From the NCBI GenBank assembly GCA_900554485.1, contig USHO01000001.1:1-40128 (forward strand): a stretch of DNA of 40,128 nt. Reading direction: 5' to 3'. Under the pieces are notes generated by a model. It was not told the origin of the DNA. It saw only the letters and a program-made list of their open reading frames with translations, and did not search any database. Below are positions 1 through 8,437 of the stretch, one piece after another; the first letter of the stretch is position 1; every line of letters starts with the position of its first letter. Origin of the DNA: an uncultured Eubacteriales bacterium (GTDB lineage Bacteria > Bacillota > Clostridia > Christensenellales > Borkfalkiaceae). The translations under genes were made by a program, and so were the position numbers.

Positions 1-26
1 GTTTATATATTTATATATAAAAACGT

Positions 27-55
27 TTGAAATTTAATAAAAATTGTGTTAAAAT
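27..55 (+). promoter_or_regulatory. Candidate housekeeping-sigma promoter of asnS (extended -10)
   Basis: TTGAAA (27-32), 17-nt spacer, TAAAAT (50-55) preceded by TG at 47-48. It lies 43 nt upstream of the asnS ATG. SD ACGGAG at 84-89. Confidence 0.5.
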
Positions 56-98
56 AATTTCGCATATACTATATATTCTGCTTACGGAGTAAGATTTT

Positions 99-1493
99 AT
101 GGAAAAAAGAATAACCGTAAAGGCTTTATATTCGGGCGCGGAGACGCTCGGCGGCAAAGACGTAACCGTAAAAGGTTGGGCAAGAACTATCCGCGACGGT
201 AAAGAGTTCGGATTTATCGAATTGAACGACGGCAGTTGTTTTAAGGGTGTTCAGGTCGTATTTGAAAGGGCAAACCTTACCAACTACGACGAAATCGCGA
301 AACAGAACGTCGGCGCGTCGTTGAGTGTCGCCGGAACTCTCGTTTTGACACCCGAAGCAAAACAGCCTTTTGAAATAAAAGCGAAAAACGTAACGGTCGA
401 GGGCGAATCGACCCCCGATTATCCGTTGCAGAAAAAGAGACATTCGCTCGAATATCTGCGTGAGATTGCGTATCTTCGTCCGAGGACCAACACTTTCGGC
501 GCGGTATTTCGTATAAGGAGCGAGGCGGCTTTCGCCATTCATGAATTTTTTAATTCTCAAGGGTTTGTATACGTTCACACGCCGCTTATAACCGGCAGCG
601 ATTGCGAAGGTGCGGGCGCGATGTTTCAGGTTACGACGCTGTCGCTTGCAGACGTTCCGAAAAAAGACGGAAAGGTAGATTATACTAAGGACTTTTTCGG
701 TAAACAGGCATCGCTTACGGTTTCGGGGCAACTCTCCGCCGAGGCGTATGCTATGGCGTTCGGTAACGTCTACACTTTCGGACCGACTTTCAGGGCGGAA
801 CGCTCCAACACCGCGAGACACGCCGCCGAATTCTGGATGATAGAACCCGAAATGGCTTTTGCCGATTTGTCAGACGATATGGATGTCGCCGAGGCAATGG
901 TAAAATACATAATTCGTCACGTTATGAAAACTTGCCCCGACGAACTTGCTTTTTTGAATAATTTCGTCGATAAAGGGTTGATTGACAGACTTAATAACGT
1001 AGAGAGCAACGAATTCGTAAGACTTCCGTATACCGAGGCGATAAAGATTCTCGAACCGATTAAAGATAAGTTTGAGTTCCCCGTATACTGGGGTTGCGAT
1101 CTGCAGAGCGAACACGAAAGATATTTAACCGAACAGGTTTACGGCAAGCCCGTATTCTTAACCGATTATCCGAAAGAAATCAAAGCGTTTTATATGCGCC
1201 TTAACGACGACGGAAAGACCGTCGCGGCGGCGGATCTGCTTGTACCGGGTATAGGCGAACTCATCGGCGGCAGTCAGAGGGAAGAGCGCTACGACGTACT
1301 CGTAAATCGTATAAAAGAATTGGGCATGAAACCCGAAGATTACGATTGGTATCTTAACCTGCGTAAATACGGCGGAGTAACGCATTCGGGTTACGGCTTA
1401 GGCTTTGAAAGAATGATAATGTATCTGACGGGTATTGCGAACATCCGCGACGTCATACCTTTCCCCAGAACAGTCGATAATCTCGAATATTGA
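99..1493 (+). CDS. asnS: Asparaginyl-tRNA synthetase (class IIb)
   Basis: 464 aa. N-terminal OB-fold region ([25 protein letters not shown]), class II motif 2 [24 protein letters not shown], motif 3 [15 protein letters not shown]. Confidence 0.93.
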   Translation: MEKRITVKALYSGAETLGGKDVTVKGWARTIRDGKEFGFIELNDGSCFKGVQVVFERANLTNYDEIAKQNVGASLSVAGTLVLTPEAKQPFEIKAKNVTVEGESTPDYPLQKKRHSLEYLREIAYLRPRTNTFGAVFRIRSEAAFAIHEFFNSQGFVYVHTPLITGSDCEGAGAMFQVTTLSLADVPKKDGKVDYTKDFFGKQASLTVSGQLSAEAYAMAFGNVYTFGPTFRAERSNTARHAAEFWMIEPEMAFADLSDDMDVAEAMVKYIIRHVMKTCPDELAFLNNFVDKGLIDRLNNVESNEFVRLPYTEAIKILEPIKDKFEFPVYWGCDLQSEHERYLTEQVYGKPVFLTDYPKEIKAFYMRLNDDGKTVAAADLLVPGIGELIGGSQREERYDVLVNRIKELGMKPEDYDWYLNLRKYGGVTHSGYGLGFERMIMYLTGIANIRDVIPFPRTVDNLEY

Positions 1494-1506
1494 AACAAGG
1501 AACAAA

Positions 1507-2523
1507 ATGAAAATTATAATAGATGCGTACGGCGGAGACAATGCGCCGTCCGAGATAATCAAAGGTGCGCTCGCCGCGCTTAAAGAAAAAGAAAATTTCG
1601 ATCTTGTTTTCGTCGGGAAAGAAAGCGGTATAAAAAGCGGTCTTGCAGGCGAAGAATACGACGAACTGCGTGTTTCGGTCGTAAATGCCGAAGACGTCAT
1701 ATCGTGTAACGAATCTCCGGCGGATGCAATCCGCAAAAAGCCCGATTCATCGATTGTAAAGAGCGTGAAAATTCTTAAAGATGACGATAATGCCGGCGCG
1801 TTTGTATCCGCCGGGTCTACCGGCGCGGTTTTAACCGCCGCGGTACTGTTGTCGCCGAGAATAAAGGGTGTGAACAGACCTGCGCTCGCCCCGCTGTTTC
1901 CGAATATGAAAGGCGGCGAGACGTTGTTTCTCGACTGCGGAGCAAACGTAGATTGCAAACCGATAAATCTCGTTCAGTTTGCCTTGATGGGCAGTGTGTA
2001 TATGAGCGAGGTCAAAGGCGTTGCAAATCCGCGCGTCGCGCTCCTGTCCAACGGTACCGAAGACGCCAAAGGCAATACTTTAACAAAAGACGCTTTCGCC
2101 TTGCTTAAAGATTGCGGCGGGATAAATTTTGTCGGCAATATGGAGGCGAGAGATATTTTGTCGGGCGATTACGACGTTGTCGTGACCGACGGTTTCAACG
2201 GCAATATCGCATTGAAGTCCATGGAAGGGGCGATCGGTTGCATTTTTACAGAACTGAAGAAAGAAATATATTCTTCGTTCAGTTCTAAAATAGGCGGAAT
2301 GTTGCTGAAAAAATCCTTCAAAAAAATAAAAGACAAACTCGACTACAATAAACGCGGAGGAGCGTTGCTGCTCGGAATGCAGAAGACGGTGGTCAAGGCG
2401 CACGGCGCGTCGAAAGCGGAAGCGTTCAAAAACGCTGTTTTACAGGCATATGAATGTTCGTCACTCGACGTATCCGAAAAAATCGGCAGAGAAATTGCTT
2501 TAAGCGGCGGGGAACCCGCATGA
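1507..2523 (+). CDS. plsX: Phosphate acyltransferase PlsX
   Basis: Starts MKIIIDAYGGDNAP (ATG 1507, AAGGA upstream). The ORF-track start at 1435 lies inside asnS. Motifs SAGSTGAVL and VTDGFNGNIALK are typical of PlsX. Confidence 0.9.
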   Translation: MKIIIDAYGGDNAPSEIIKGALAALKEKENFDLVFVGKESGIKSGLAGEEYDELRVSVVNAEDVISCNESPADAIRKKPDSSIVKSVKILKDDDNAGAFVSAGSTGAVLTAAVLLSPRIKGVNRPALAPLFPNMKGGETLFLDCGANVDCKPINLVQFALMGSVYMSEVKGVANPRVALLSNGTEDAKGNTLTKDAFALLKDCGGINFVGNMEARDILSGDYDVVVTDGFNGNIALKSMEGAIGCIFTELKKEIYSSFSSKIGGMLLKKSFKKIKDKLDYNKRGGALLLGMQKTVVKAHGASKAEAFKNAVLQAYECSSLDVSEKIGREIALSGGEPA

Positions 2524-3290
2524 TTTTCGACGTCGGTTGCGAAGAAATCATAGGTTTTTCGTTCAAAGATAAAAATCTGTTAAGGCAATGTTTTACGCAT
2601 GCGTCGTATACGCACGAACATCCGAAATTCCCGAATAACGAAAGGCTTGAATTTTTCGGAGACTCGATTCTCGGTTATTGCGTATCGGAATATCTGTATA
2701 CGAAGTATCCCGATTGCGACGAGGGTAAACTTACCGAACTTAAACAGAGTATAGTTTCGCATACGCCTTTATCCGATGCAATCAAGCGTTCGGGACTTGA
2801 CGCGTTTATTCTGTACGGCGAGGGCGAACGAAAAAATTCGGGTAATCATTCCGCGGCATGCGAAAATCTTTTCGAGGCTATTGTTGCCGGTATATATCTG
2901 GACGATGACGGCGGACTCGAGAAAGCCCGTAAATTTATTTTCGATAAATTATTGACGGGTGTTGCGGTAAAATCCGATACGCCAAAAAGGAAGGCCAAAG
3001 AAAAAACCGCCGCCGTTACGGTTAAAGATACTAAAAGTCTTTTGCAGGAACGCGTACAAAAATACTGTCTCGGCAAGATCGAATATCCCGTCAAAGAAAA
3101 GAAGGGACCGGATCATTCTCCTACGTTCGTCGTGGCGTTTACGCTTGACGGAAAAGAAATATCGGTCGGAGAGGGTAAAAGTAAAAAAGAAGCGGAAAAA
3201 CAAGCCGCCGAAAAGGGCTTGAAAACACTCGAAAGCAAAGCGGTTCCTAAAAATTCCAAGCCGCCAAAATACAGAAAATTTAAGGAGTAA
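2520..3290 (+). CDS. rnc: Ribonuclease III
   Basis: RNase III signature ERLEFFGDSILGY. C-terminal dsRBD GPDHSPTFVV...GEGKSKKEAEKQAAEKGL. ATG 2520 overlaps the plsX stop (ATGA). Confidence 0.92.
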   Translation: MIFDVGCEEIIGFSFKDKNLLRQCFTHASYTHEHPKFPNNERLEFFGDSILGYCVSEYLYTKYPDCDEGKLTELKQSIVSHTPLSDAIKRSGLDAFILYGEGERKNSGNHSAACENLFEAIVAGIYLDDDGGLEKARKFIFDKLLTGVAVKSDTPKRKAKEKTAAVTVKDTKSLLQERVQKYCLGKIEYPVKEKKGPDHSPTFVVAFTLDGKEISVGEGKSKKEAEKQAAEKGLKTLESKAVPKNSKPPKYRKFKE

Positions 3291-3293
3291 CAA

Positions 3294-6200
3294 GTGGATT
3301 TCAAAAAAGTCGAACTTATCGGTTTCAAATCTTTCGCCGATAAACAAGAAATCAGATTCGATAACGGAGTAACCTGTATAGTCGGACCGAACGGTTGCGG
3401 TAAAAGTAACGTCGCCGACGCAATACGCTGGGTTCTCGGCGAAATGTCCGCAAAAACAATGCGCGGCAGCAGCATGCAGGACGTTATTTTCAACGGAACG
3501 CAGAACAGAAAATCGCTGTCTTACTGTGAAGTTTCGCTTACCTTCGATAATACCGCGAGAATATTCAAGAACATCGACTTCGACGAAGTCGTTTTTACCC
3601 GTAAACTGTTCCGTTCGGGCGAAAGCGAATACTATATCAATAAAACTCCGGCTAGACTTCGCGATATAGTCGACGCATTGCACGAATGCGGTGTAAGTAA
3701 AGAAGGGTATACCATAATCGGTCAGGGCAAGGTTTCGGAAATACTTTCTTCCAAACCCGAAGACAGAAGAGGAATATTCGAAGAGGCGGTAGGCATTGCC
3801 AAGACAAAGGCGAAAAGGCTCGAAACGATGCGTAAACTTGACAGAACGCGCGACAATATCAGCCGTATCGTCGATATCACGACCGAACTCGAAAGACAAA
3901 TCGAGCCGCTGTCCAAACAGGCGGAAAAAGCCAGAACGTACAATGCGCTCAGCGAACAACTCAAATTCAACGAGGTCAATAATTTCCTCTATAAAAGCGA
4001 GCATGCGTCGGAAGAAAAAGCAAGGATAAACGCCCGTATCGCCGCAATCGACGACGAGATTGCCGTGAAAAACGCCGACCTCGAACAAGCGGGTAAAGAT
4101 TACGACGAACATCAACTTCATATCGCTCAGGCTGACGAGTATATCCGCGCGATAAACGAAGAACTTATCGACAAAACCAAGGATTTTGAGCGCCAGTCGG
4201 GCGAGGCTAAACTCTACAATGAGAAAATAAGTTATTTCAAGAGCGAAACCGAAAGGCTGAAAGCCGAAATCGCGGCGTCCAAAACGCGTATAAACGAATT
4301 GTCCGGCAGAGCGCAGGAGAGATCAGCTTACGCCGAATCGCTGAAACGCGAAAACGTCGAACTGACCGCCCGTGCCGCAAAAATAAGCGCGGAACTCGCC
4401 GAAGTGGTTGCCGTTATCACCGAAGGCGAACTTAAAGCCGAAAGCGCGAGAAAAACACTTATGGAAAGCGTCGAATCGCTTGCGGATATAAAGCAGAACA
4501 TAGGTTCGTTGTCTGCAGAAAAAGAAGTTCTTTCCGAGAAAGAGAGAGAAACTCTCGATCGTATCGAATCGTCCGTAGGCAGGAGAAACGCTCTCGAAGA
4601 GGAAAGAAAGAATAAAGCCGATCAACTTGTCCGCGCGGAGAAACAGGCGCAAAGAACAAAGGACGAGATACGCGACGTAGAAAACGATATAACTACGACC
4701 AATCAGGTTATATCGGACATCAATTCCAAACTCTATTCGTTAAACGCGCAGATTTCATCGCTCGAATCGAATAAAAAGGTTTATCAGAATCTTAAAGAGA
4801 GTTACGGCGGATATTCCGACTCGGTCAAACGTCTGATGCAGGCATGCAGACAAAACGAAGAACTCGGCAAACGCAGTAAAGGCGTTGTCGCAAGCGTTAT
4901 ACATACGGACGCAAAATACGAAGTTGCCATCGAAACGGCTCTCGGCGGGGCGGCGCAGAACATAGTAACCGCAAACCCCGATGATGCGCAATATCTTATG
5001 ACGTACCTGAAACGCAACGAACTCGGCAGAGCGACGTTCCTTCCGGTAACCTCGATAAAACCGCGCGGCGAAGGCTCGGAAATCCGTAGAGCGATGGAAG
5101 ACAGGGGAGCGTTGGGTCTTGCCCGCGAACTTGTCAGATTTGAACCGTACTATGATAAAATCGTAGCGTTTTTGCTCGGCAATACGCTTATAGTCGACGA
5201 CCTCGAAAATGCGAAGACGATAGCGCAGCGTTACGGGTTTGCATTCAGAATCGTCACGCTCGACGGCGACGTTCTTGCGTCGAACGGATCTATGACGGGC
5301 GGTTCTCGTCGTCAGACCACATCGGGATTTCTTTCGATGGACAGAAAAATGGACGATATATCCAAAGAAGTTCAATCGAAGAAAGAACGTATGACGATGT
5401 ACGAGAACGATAAAAAGCAACTTGAAAGTCAGGTCTCCGAACAAAGAGAAGAACTCGTAAACCTGAACGCAAAATTGCAGGAACTTCGTCAGGAGGCAGT
5501 AGCCCTTAAAGAACAGGTTGCCGCGAACGAGTCCATAATAGCCGACATCGATGCCGAAATCAATTCGCTCAATAACAGCGTGACGATTATCCGCGCAAGG
5601 ATCAATGAGATAGGCGAAAAATTCACCTCGGTCGAAGAGGGGAATAAGGCTGTCGAGGAGAGAAAAGCCACGGCATCTTACGACGAGGAAAAACATCGCG
5701 AAATCTTTGACGAATACAGAAAGAAACGCGAGGCTTTGACGGCTGAGAATGCCGAAGTCCGTACAAGATTGTCGTTCATCGAAAGCGAAATCGCGGCTGC
5801 CGAAATTACCGTAGAAGAGGCGCTGAAAGAAAAACGCGAAACCGAAGAACTCGTTGCGAGAAACGAAGAGAGTATAGTCACCGACGGTGAAGTCATCAAC
5901 AAATTCATCGAAGAGATGGAAAAGGTCGCACTCACCGAAACTCAGCAGGAGCAACTCAACGCGCTCAGAAATAAACGCTCGTCTATAGAAGATAAAAAGG
6001 CTGCTCTAGGAGAACAAGTCAAGCAGGATAATCTCCGCAGAGACGAACTTACAGCCGAAATCAATACGTTAAACGGTAAACGTTACGGTGAAGAAAACGG
6101 ACTTGCCAAGATAGACGCCGAACTCGAATTTTTGGGTCAGCGCGTTAAGGAAGAATACGATCTCGATTATGAATCCGCACTTCCTCTCAAGTCAGATTCT

Positions 6201-6881
6201 TACGATAATCGCGACGGAGAAGAGGAAATCAAGCGTCTTAAACGCAGAATTTCCGCTCTCGGCGCGGTAAACCCGAATGCTATCGAAGACTTTGACGCCG
6301 TAAACGAAAGATATACCGAAATGGCGACCCAGCGTGACGACCTTATGAAAGCCGAAGACGATCTTAAAGAGGTTATAACGCAACTTACGACTGAAATGAG
6401 CACGAAATTTGCCGTCGGCTTTGCAAAAATCCGCTCGAATTTCTCCAGAATTTTCAAGGAGTTATTCGGCGGCGGCAGTGCGGATCTTATTCTCGACGAG
6501 TCCGATACGGACGATCCTCTCGAACAGGGTGTCGAAATCGTCGCCGAGCCGCCGGGGAAGAAATTGCAGAAAATATCTCTGCTTTCCGGTGGTGAAATGG
6601 CTCTTACGGCTATCGCGATTTTGTTTGCCATTCTTAAACTTCGCCCGATGCCGTTTGTCGTTCTCGACGAGATCGAGGCTGCGCTGGACGATGCCAACGT
6701 CGAAAGATTTGCCAATTATATCAACAACTTTGCTCAGGATACGCAGTTCATCGTCATAACACACAAAAAGGTTACTATGGAACATGCCGACGCGCTTTAC
6801 GGCGTAACGATGCAGGAAAAAGGCGTTTCAAAGATTGTATCCGTCAAACTTGCCGAAGTGGTTGACGAATTAGGTGCATAA
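3294..6881 (+). CDS. smc: Chromosome partition protein SMC
   Basis: 1195 aa. Walker A GPNGCGKSN, long E/K/L-rich coiled coils, central hinge (GVVASVIHTD..YEVAIETALGGAAQNIV), signature LSGGE, Walker B FVVLDEIEAALD. GTG start with AGGAG 6 nt upstream. Confidence 0.95.
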   Translation: MDFKKVELIGFKSFADKQEIRFDNGVTCIVGPNGCGKSNVADAIRWVLGEMSAKTMRGSSMQDVIFNGTQNRKSLSYCEVSLTFDNTARIFKNIDFDEVVFTRKLFRSGESEYYINKTPARLRDIVDALHECGVSKEGYTIIGQGKVSEILSSKPEDRRGIFEEAVGIAKTKAKRLETMRKLDRTRDNISRIVDITTELERQIEPLSKQAEKARTYNALSEQLKFNEVNNFLYKSEHASEEKARINARIAAIDDEIAVKNADLEQAGKDYDEHQLHIAQADEYIRAINEELIDKTKDFERQSGEAKLYNEKISYFKSETERLKAEIAASKTRINELSGRAQERSAYAESLKRENVELTARAAKISAELAEVVAVITEGELKAESARKTLMESVESLADIKQNIGSLSAEKEVLSEKERETLDRIESSVGRRNALEEERKNKADQLVRAEKQAQRTKDEIRDVENDITTTNQVISDINSKLYSLNAQISSLESNKKVYQNLKESYGGYSDSVKRLMQACRQNEELGKRSKGVVASVIHTDAKYEVAIETALGGAAQNIVTANPDDAQYLMTYLKRNELGRATFLPVTSIKPRGEGSEIRRAMEDRGALGLARELVRFEPYYDKIVAFLLGNTLIVDDLENAKTIAQRYGFAFRIVTLDGDVLASNGSMTGGSRRQTTSGFLSMDRKMDDISKEVQSKKERMTMYENDKKQLESQVSEQREELVNLNAKLQELRQEAVALKEQVAANESIIADIDAEINSLNNSVTIIRARINEIGEKFTSVEEGNKAVEERKATASYDEEKHREIFDEYRKKREALTAENAEVRTRLSFIESEIAAAEITVEEALKEKRETEELVARNEESIVTDGEVINKFIEEMEKVALTETQQEQLNALRNKRSSIEDKKAALGEQVKQDNLRRDELTAEINTLNGKRYGEENGLAKIDAELEFLGQRVKEEYDLDYESALPLKSDSYDNRDGEEEIKRLKRRISALGAVNPNAIEDFDAVNERYTEMATQRDDLMKAEDDLKEVITQLTTEMSTKFAVGFAKIRSNFSRIFKELFGGGSADLILDESDTDDPLEQGVEIVAEPPGKKLQKISLLSGGEMALTAIAILFAILKLRPMPFVVLDEIEAALDDANVERFANYINNFAQDTQFIVITHKKVTMEHADALYGVTMQEKGVSKIVSVKLAEVVDELGA

Positions 6882-6882
6882 T

Positions 6883-7782
6883 ATGGGATTTTTCGGAAAA
6901 ATTAAAGACGCCCTTAAGAAGACGAAAGAGGGGTTGGGCAATAAACTTCGCGTGCTTTTCGCAAAGGATAAGATCGGCGAAGATTTTTACGACGATTTGC
7001 TCGACATACTCATTTCTTCCGATATTTCCGTTTCTACGGCTGACGAGATTGTCGAAAGTGTCAGAGATCGTATGATCGAAGAAAAGGTCAGCGATAAAGA
7101 CGTTGCCGTAGAGGCGCTGAAAGACGCGCTTAAAGATTGTCTGAACAATGCCGACGAGTTTAATTTCGATACTCCCGCCGTACTTATGGTTATAGGTGTA
7201 AACGGAGTGGGCAAAACGACTTCGATAGGCAAATTAGCGCATAAATTTGTCGAAGATGGTAAAAGCGTAACCATTGCCGCGGCGGATACTTTCCGCGCGG
7301 CGGCAAGCGATCAACTCGAAATATGGGCTAAAAGAGCAAAAGTCAAGATAGTTAAAAGCGAAGAGGGCAGTGACCCGTCAGCCGTTGTTTTCGATGCACT
7401 CAGTTCGGTCAAAGCCCGCGGAACGGATATTCTTATAATCGATACGGCGGGCAGACTGCACACCAAGTCCAATCTGATGGAAGAACTCAAAAAAATGTCG
7501 AGGATAGTCGAGCGCGAATTTCCCGAGGCGGATTTTCGTAAACTTATCGCGCTTGACGCCACAACCGGGCAGAATGCTTTGTCTCAGGTAGAGGTGTTTA
7601 ACGAGGCGGTCGGAATAGACGGTGTAATCCTTACTAAACTCGACGGAACGGCAAAAGGCGGTTTTATCGTCAGTCTTTGTAACGAACTGCAAGTCCCGGT
7701 GGCATACGTCGGCGTAGGCGAAAAGTTAGAAGACATCGAAGATTTCGACGTTGATTCTTTTGTCGACGGAATAATAGAATAA
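6883..7782 (+). CDS. ftsY: Signal recognition particle receptor FtsY
   Basis: NG domain motifs GVNGVGKTTSIGKLA, DTAGRLH, LTKLDGTAKGG. ATG 6883 follows AGGTG. The ORF-track GTG at 6874 overlaps the smc stop. Confidence 0.93.
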   Translation: MGFFGKIKDALKKTKEGLGNKLRVLFAKDKIGEDFYDDLLDILISSDISVSTADEIVESVRDRMIEEKVSDKDVAVEALKDALKDCLNNADEFNFDTPAVLMVIGVNGVGKTTSIGKLAHKFVEDGKSVTIAAADTFRAAASDQLEIWAKRAKVKIVKSEEGSDPSAVVFDALSSVKARGTDILIIDTAGRLHTKSNLMEELKKMSRIVEREFPEADFRKLIALDATTGQNALSQVEVFNEAVGIDGVILTKLDGTAKGGFIVSLCNELQVPVAYVGVGEKLEDIEDFDVDSFVDGIIE

Positions 7783-7793
7783 TAACAAAATAC

Positions 7794-7829
7794 AAAACGA
7801 GCCGCGGCATTTCGCCGCGGCTCGTTTTA
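7794..7829. terminator. Bidirectional intrinsic terminator (ftsY / XRE gene)
   Basis: Perfect 12-bp GC-rich stem ACGAGCCGCGGC (7797-7808) / GCCGCGGCTCGT (7814-7825), 5-nt loop, flanked by AAAA on the left and TTTT on the right. Confidence 0.8.
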
Positions 7830-7872
7830 CGCTTTTTAAGGCTTGTTTAATATTACGTTTATCGATAAAACG

Positions 7873-8070
7873 TTATTCGATGCCGAAGAGTAAATTCGGC
7901 TCTATGTCAAATTTTTCGTACAACAGCAGAATACTGTCGTAACCGGGTTTCTTTTTCCCGAGTAACCATTGACTGACAGTCGTTTGATTTATACCTAAAA
8001 TATCGGCAAACGCTTGTTGGGACAACCCCTTTTCTTGCATTACCTGTTTTATAATTTCTATATACCACAT
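7873..8070 (-). CDS. XRE-family helix-turn-helix transcriptional regulator (65 aa)
   Basis: HTH segment LSQQAFADILGINQTTVSQWLLGKKKP, typical of Cro/cI-type XRE domains. No SD upstream. A TATAAT lies 6 nt before the ATG on the minus strand. Confidence 0.8.
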   Translation of the reverse strand: MWYIEIIKQVMQEKGLSQQAFADILGINQTTVSQWLLGKKKPGYDSILLLYEKFDIEPNLLFGIE

Positions 8071-8076
8071 AGTTAA

Positions 8077-8082
8077 ATTATA
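8077..8082 (-). promoter_or_regulatory. Candidate -10 box (TATAAT on minus strand) giving a leaderless XRE mRNA
   Basis: Minus strand reads TATAAT-TTAACT-ATG, so the hexamer ends 6 nt before the start codon and there is no SD. I could not identify a convincing -35. Confidence 0.4.
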
Positions 8083-8088
8083 GTAAAT

Positions 8089-8158
8089 TTCAGGTCAAAA
8101 GACTTGACATAGGTCAATAGACCTGATATACTATTTTCAGGTTTATTGACCTGAAAAT
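8089..8158. promoter_or_regulatory. Operator cluster: three inverted repeats built from AGGTCAA/TTGACCT half-sites
   Basis: IR1 GTCAA-N5-TTGAC (8094-8108). IR2 AGGTC-AATA-GACCT (8111-8124). IR3 ATTTTCAGGT-N6-ACCTGAAAAT (8133-8158, perfect 10-bp arms). Half-site AGGTCAA occurs at 8092-8098 and 8111-8117, and inverted at 8146-8152. Confidence 0.55.
8104..8132 (+). promoter_or_regulatory. Near-consensus sigma-A promoter of the small membrane protein gene
   Basis: TTGACA (8104-8109), exact 17-nt spacer, TATACT (8127-8132). GGAGG at 8163-8167 and ATG at 8175. IR1 overlaps the -35, IR2 fills the spacer, IR3 covers the predicted start site. Confidence 0.65.
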
Positions 8159-8174
8159 ATACGGAGGTTTAATT

Positions 8175-8405
8175 ATGCAGAACAGCAGTAACTTGGCAAG
8201 GTTTCTTTTAACTTTTTTTCTCGGTTTTTTGGGAAGTTTTATAATCAACCACAGTAGTATGAAACCGGATGGGTGGAAATCGAGAACTTGCGCTTATTTC
8301 TTTCTTACGCTCCTTACGTTCGGAATTTACGGATTGGTCGCGTCGATTTGTAATTTAGGATTTAATCCGTCGGCAAAAAGAAATATCGGGTATCATGTCG
8401 ATTGA
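8175..8405 (+). CDS. Small two-TM membrane protein (76 aa), TM2-domain-like
   Basis: Strong SD. Two hydrophobic helices (FLLTFFLGFLGSFIIN and YFFLTLLTFGIYGLVASICNL). The FLGxxG...G.YG pattern resembles the TM2 family as I remember it (unverified). Followed by a terminator. Confidence 0.6.
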   Translation: MQNSSNLARFLLTFFLGFLGSFIINHSSMKPDGWKSRTCAYFFLTLLTFGIYGLVASICNLGFNPSAKRNIGYHVD

Positions 8406-8436
8406 AAATGCGGTGCTTAAAGCACCGCATTTTTTG
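8406..8436. terminator. Bidirectional intrinsic terminator (small membrane gene / ger operon)
   Basis: AAAAT-GCGGTGC-TTAAA-GCACCGC-ATTTTTT. It sits between the convergent stops at 8405 and 8438. Confidence 0.8.
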
Positions 8437-8437
8437 T

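Noticed and set aside
1-98. Possible T-box leaders upstream of the aminoacyl-tRNA synthetase genes asnS (1-98) and metG (30351-30453)
   Set aside because: The candidate promoters leave leaders of only ~40-60 nt, far shorter than the ~200+ nt a T-box needs. I saw no T-box consensus or terminator/antiterminator pair.
2949-4121. 390-aa ORF antisense to rnc/smc
   Set aside because: It lies opposite a gene with unambiguous SMC motifs. Its translation is low-complexity (F/R/V-rich), with no SD or promoter. Long stop-free antisense frames are expected opposite GAA/AAA/GAG-rich coiled-coil coding sequence.
4755-5954. 399-aa ORF antisense to the smc coiled-coil/hinge region
   Set aside because: Same reasoning as above: a codon-composition artefact of the sense strand, with no independent signals.
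7783-8437. Prophage or integrative element at the XRE locus
   Set aside because: Only two small genes are present. There is no integrase, no attachment-site repeats that I could find, and no structural or lysis genes. I report it as a stand-alone cassette rather than as a mobile element.
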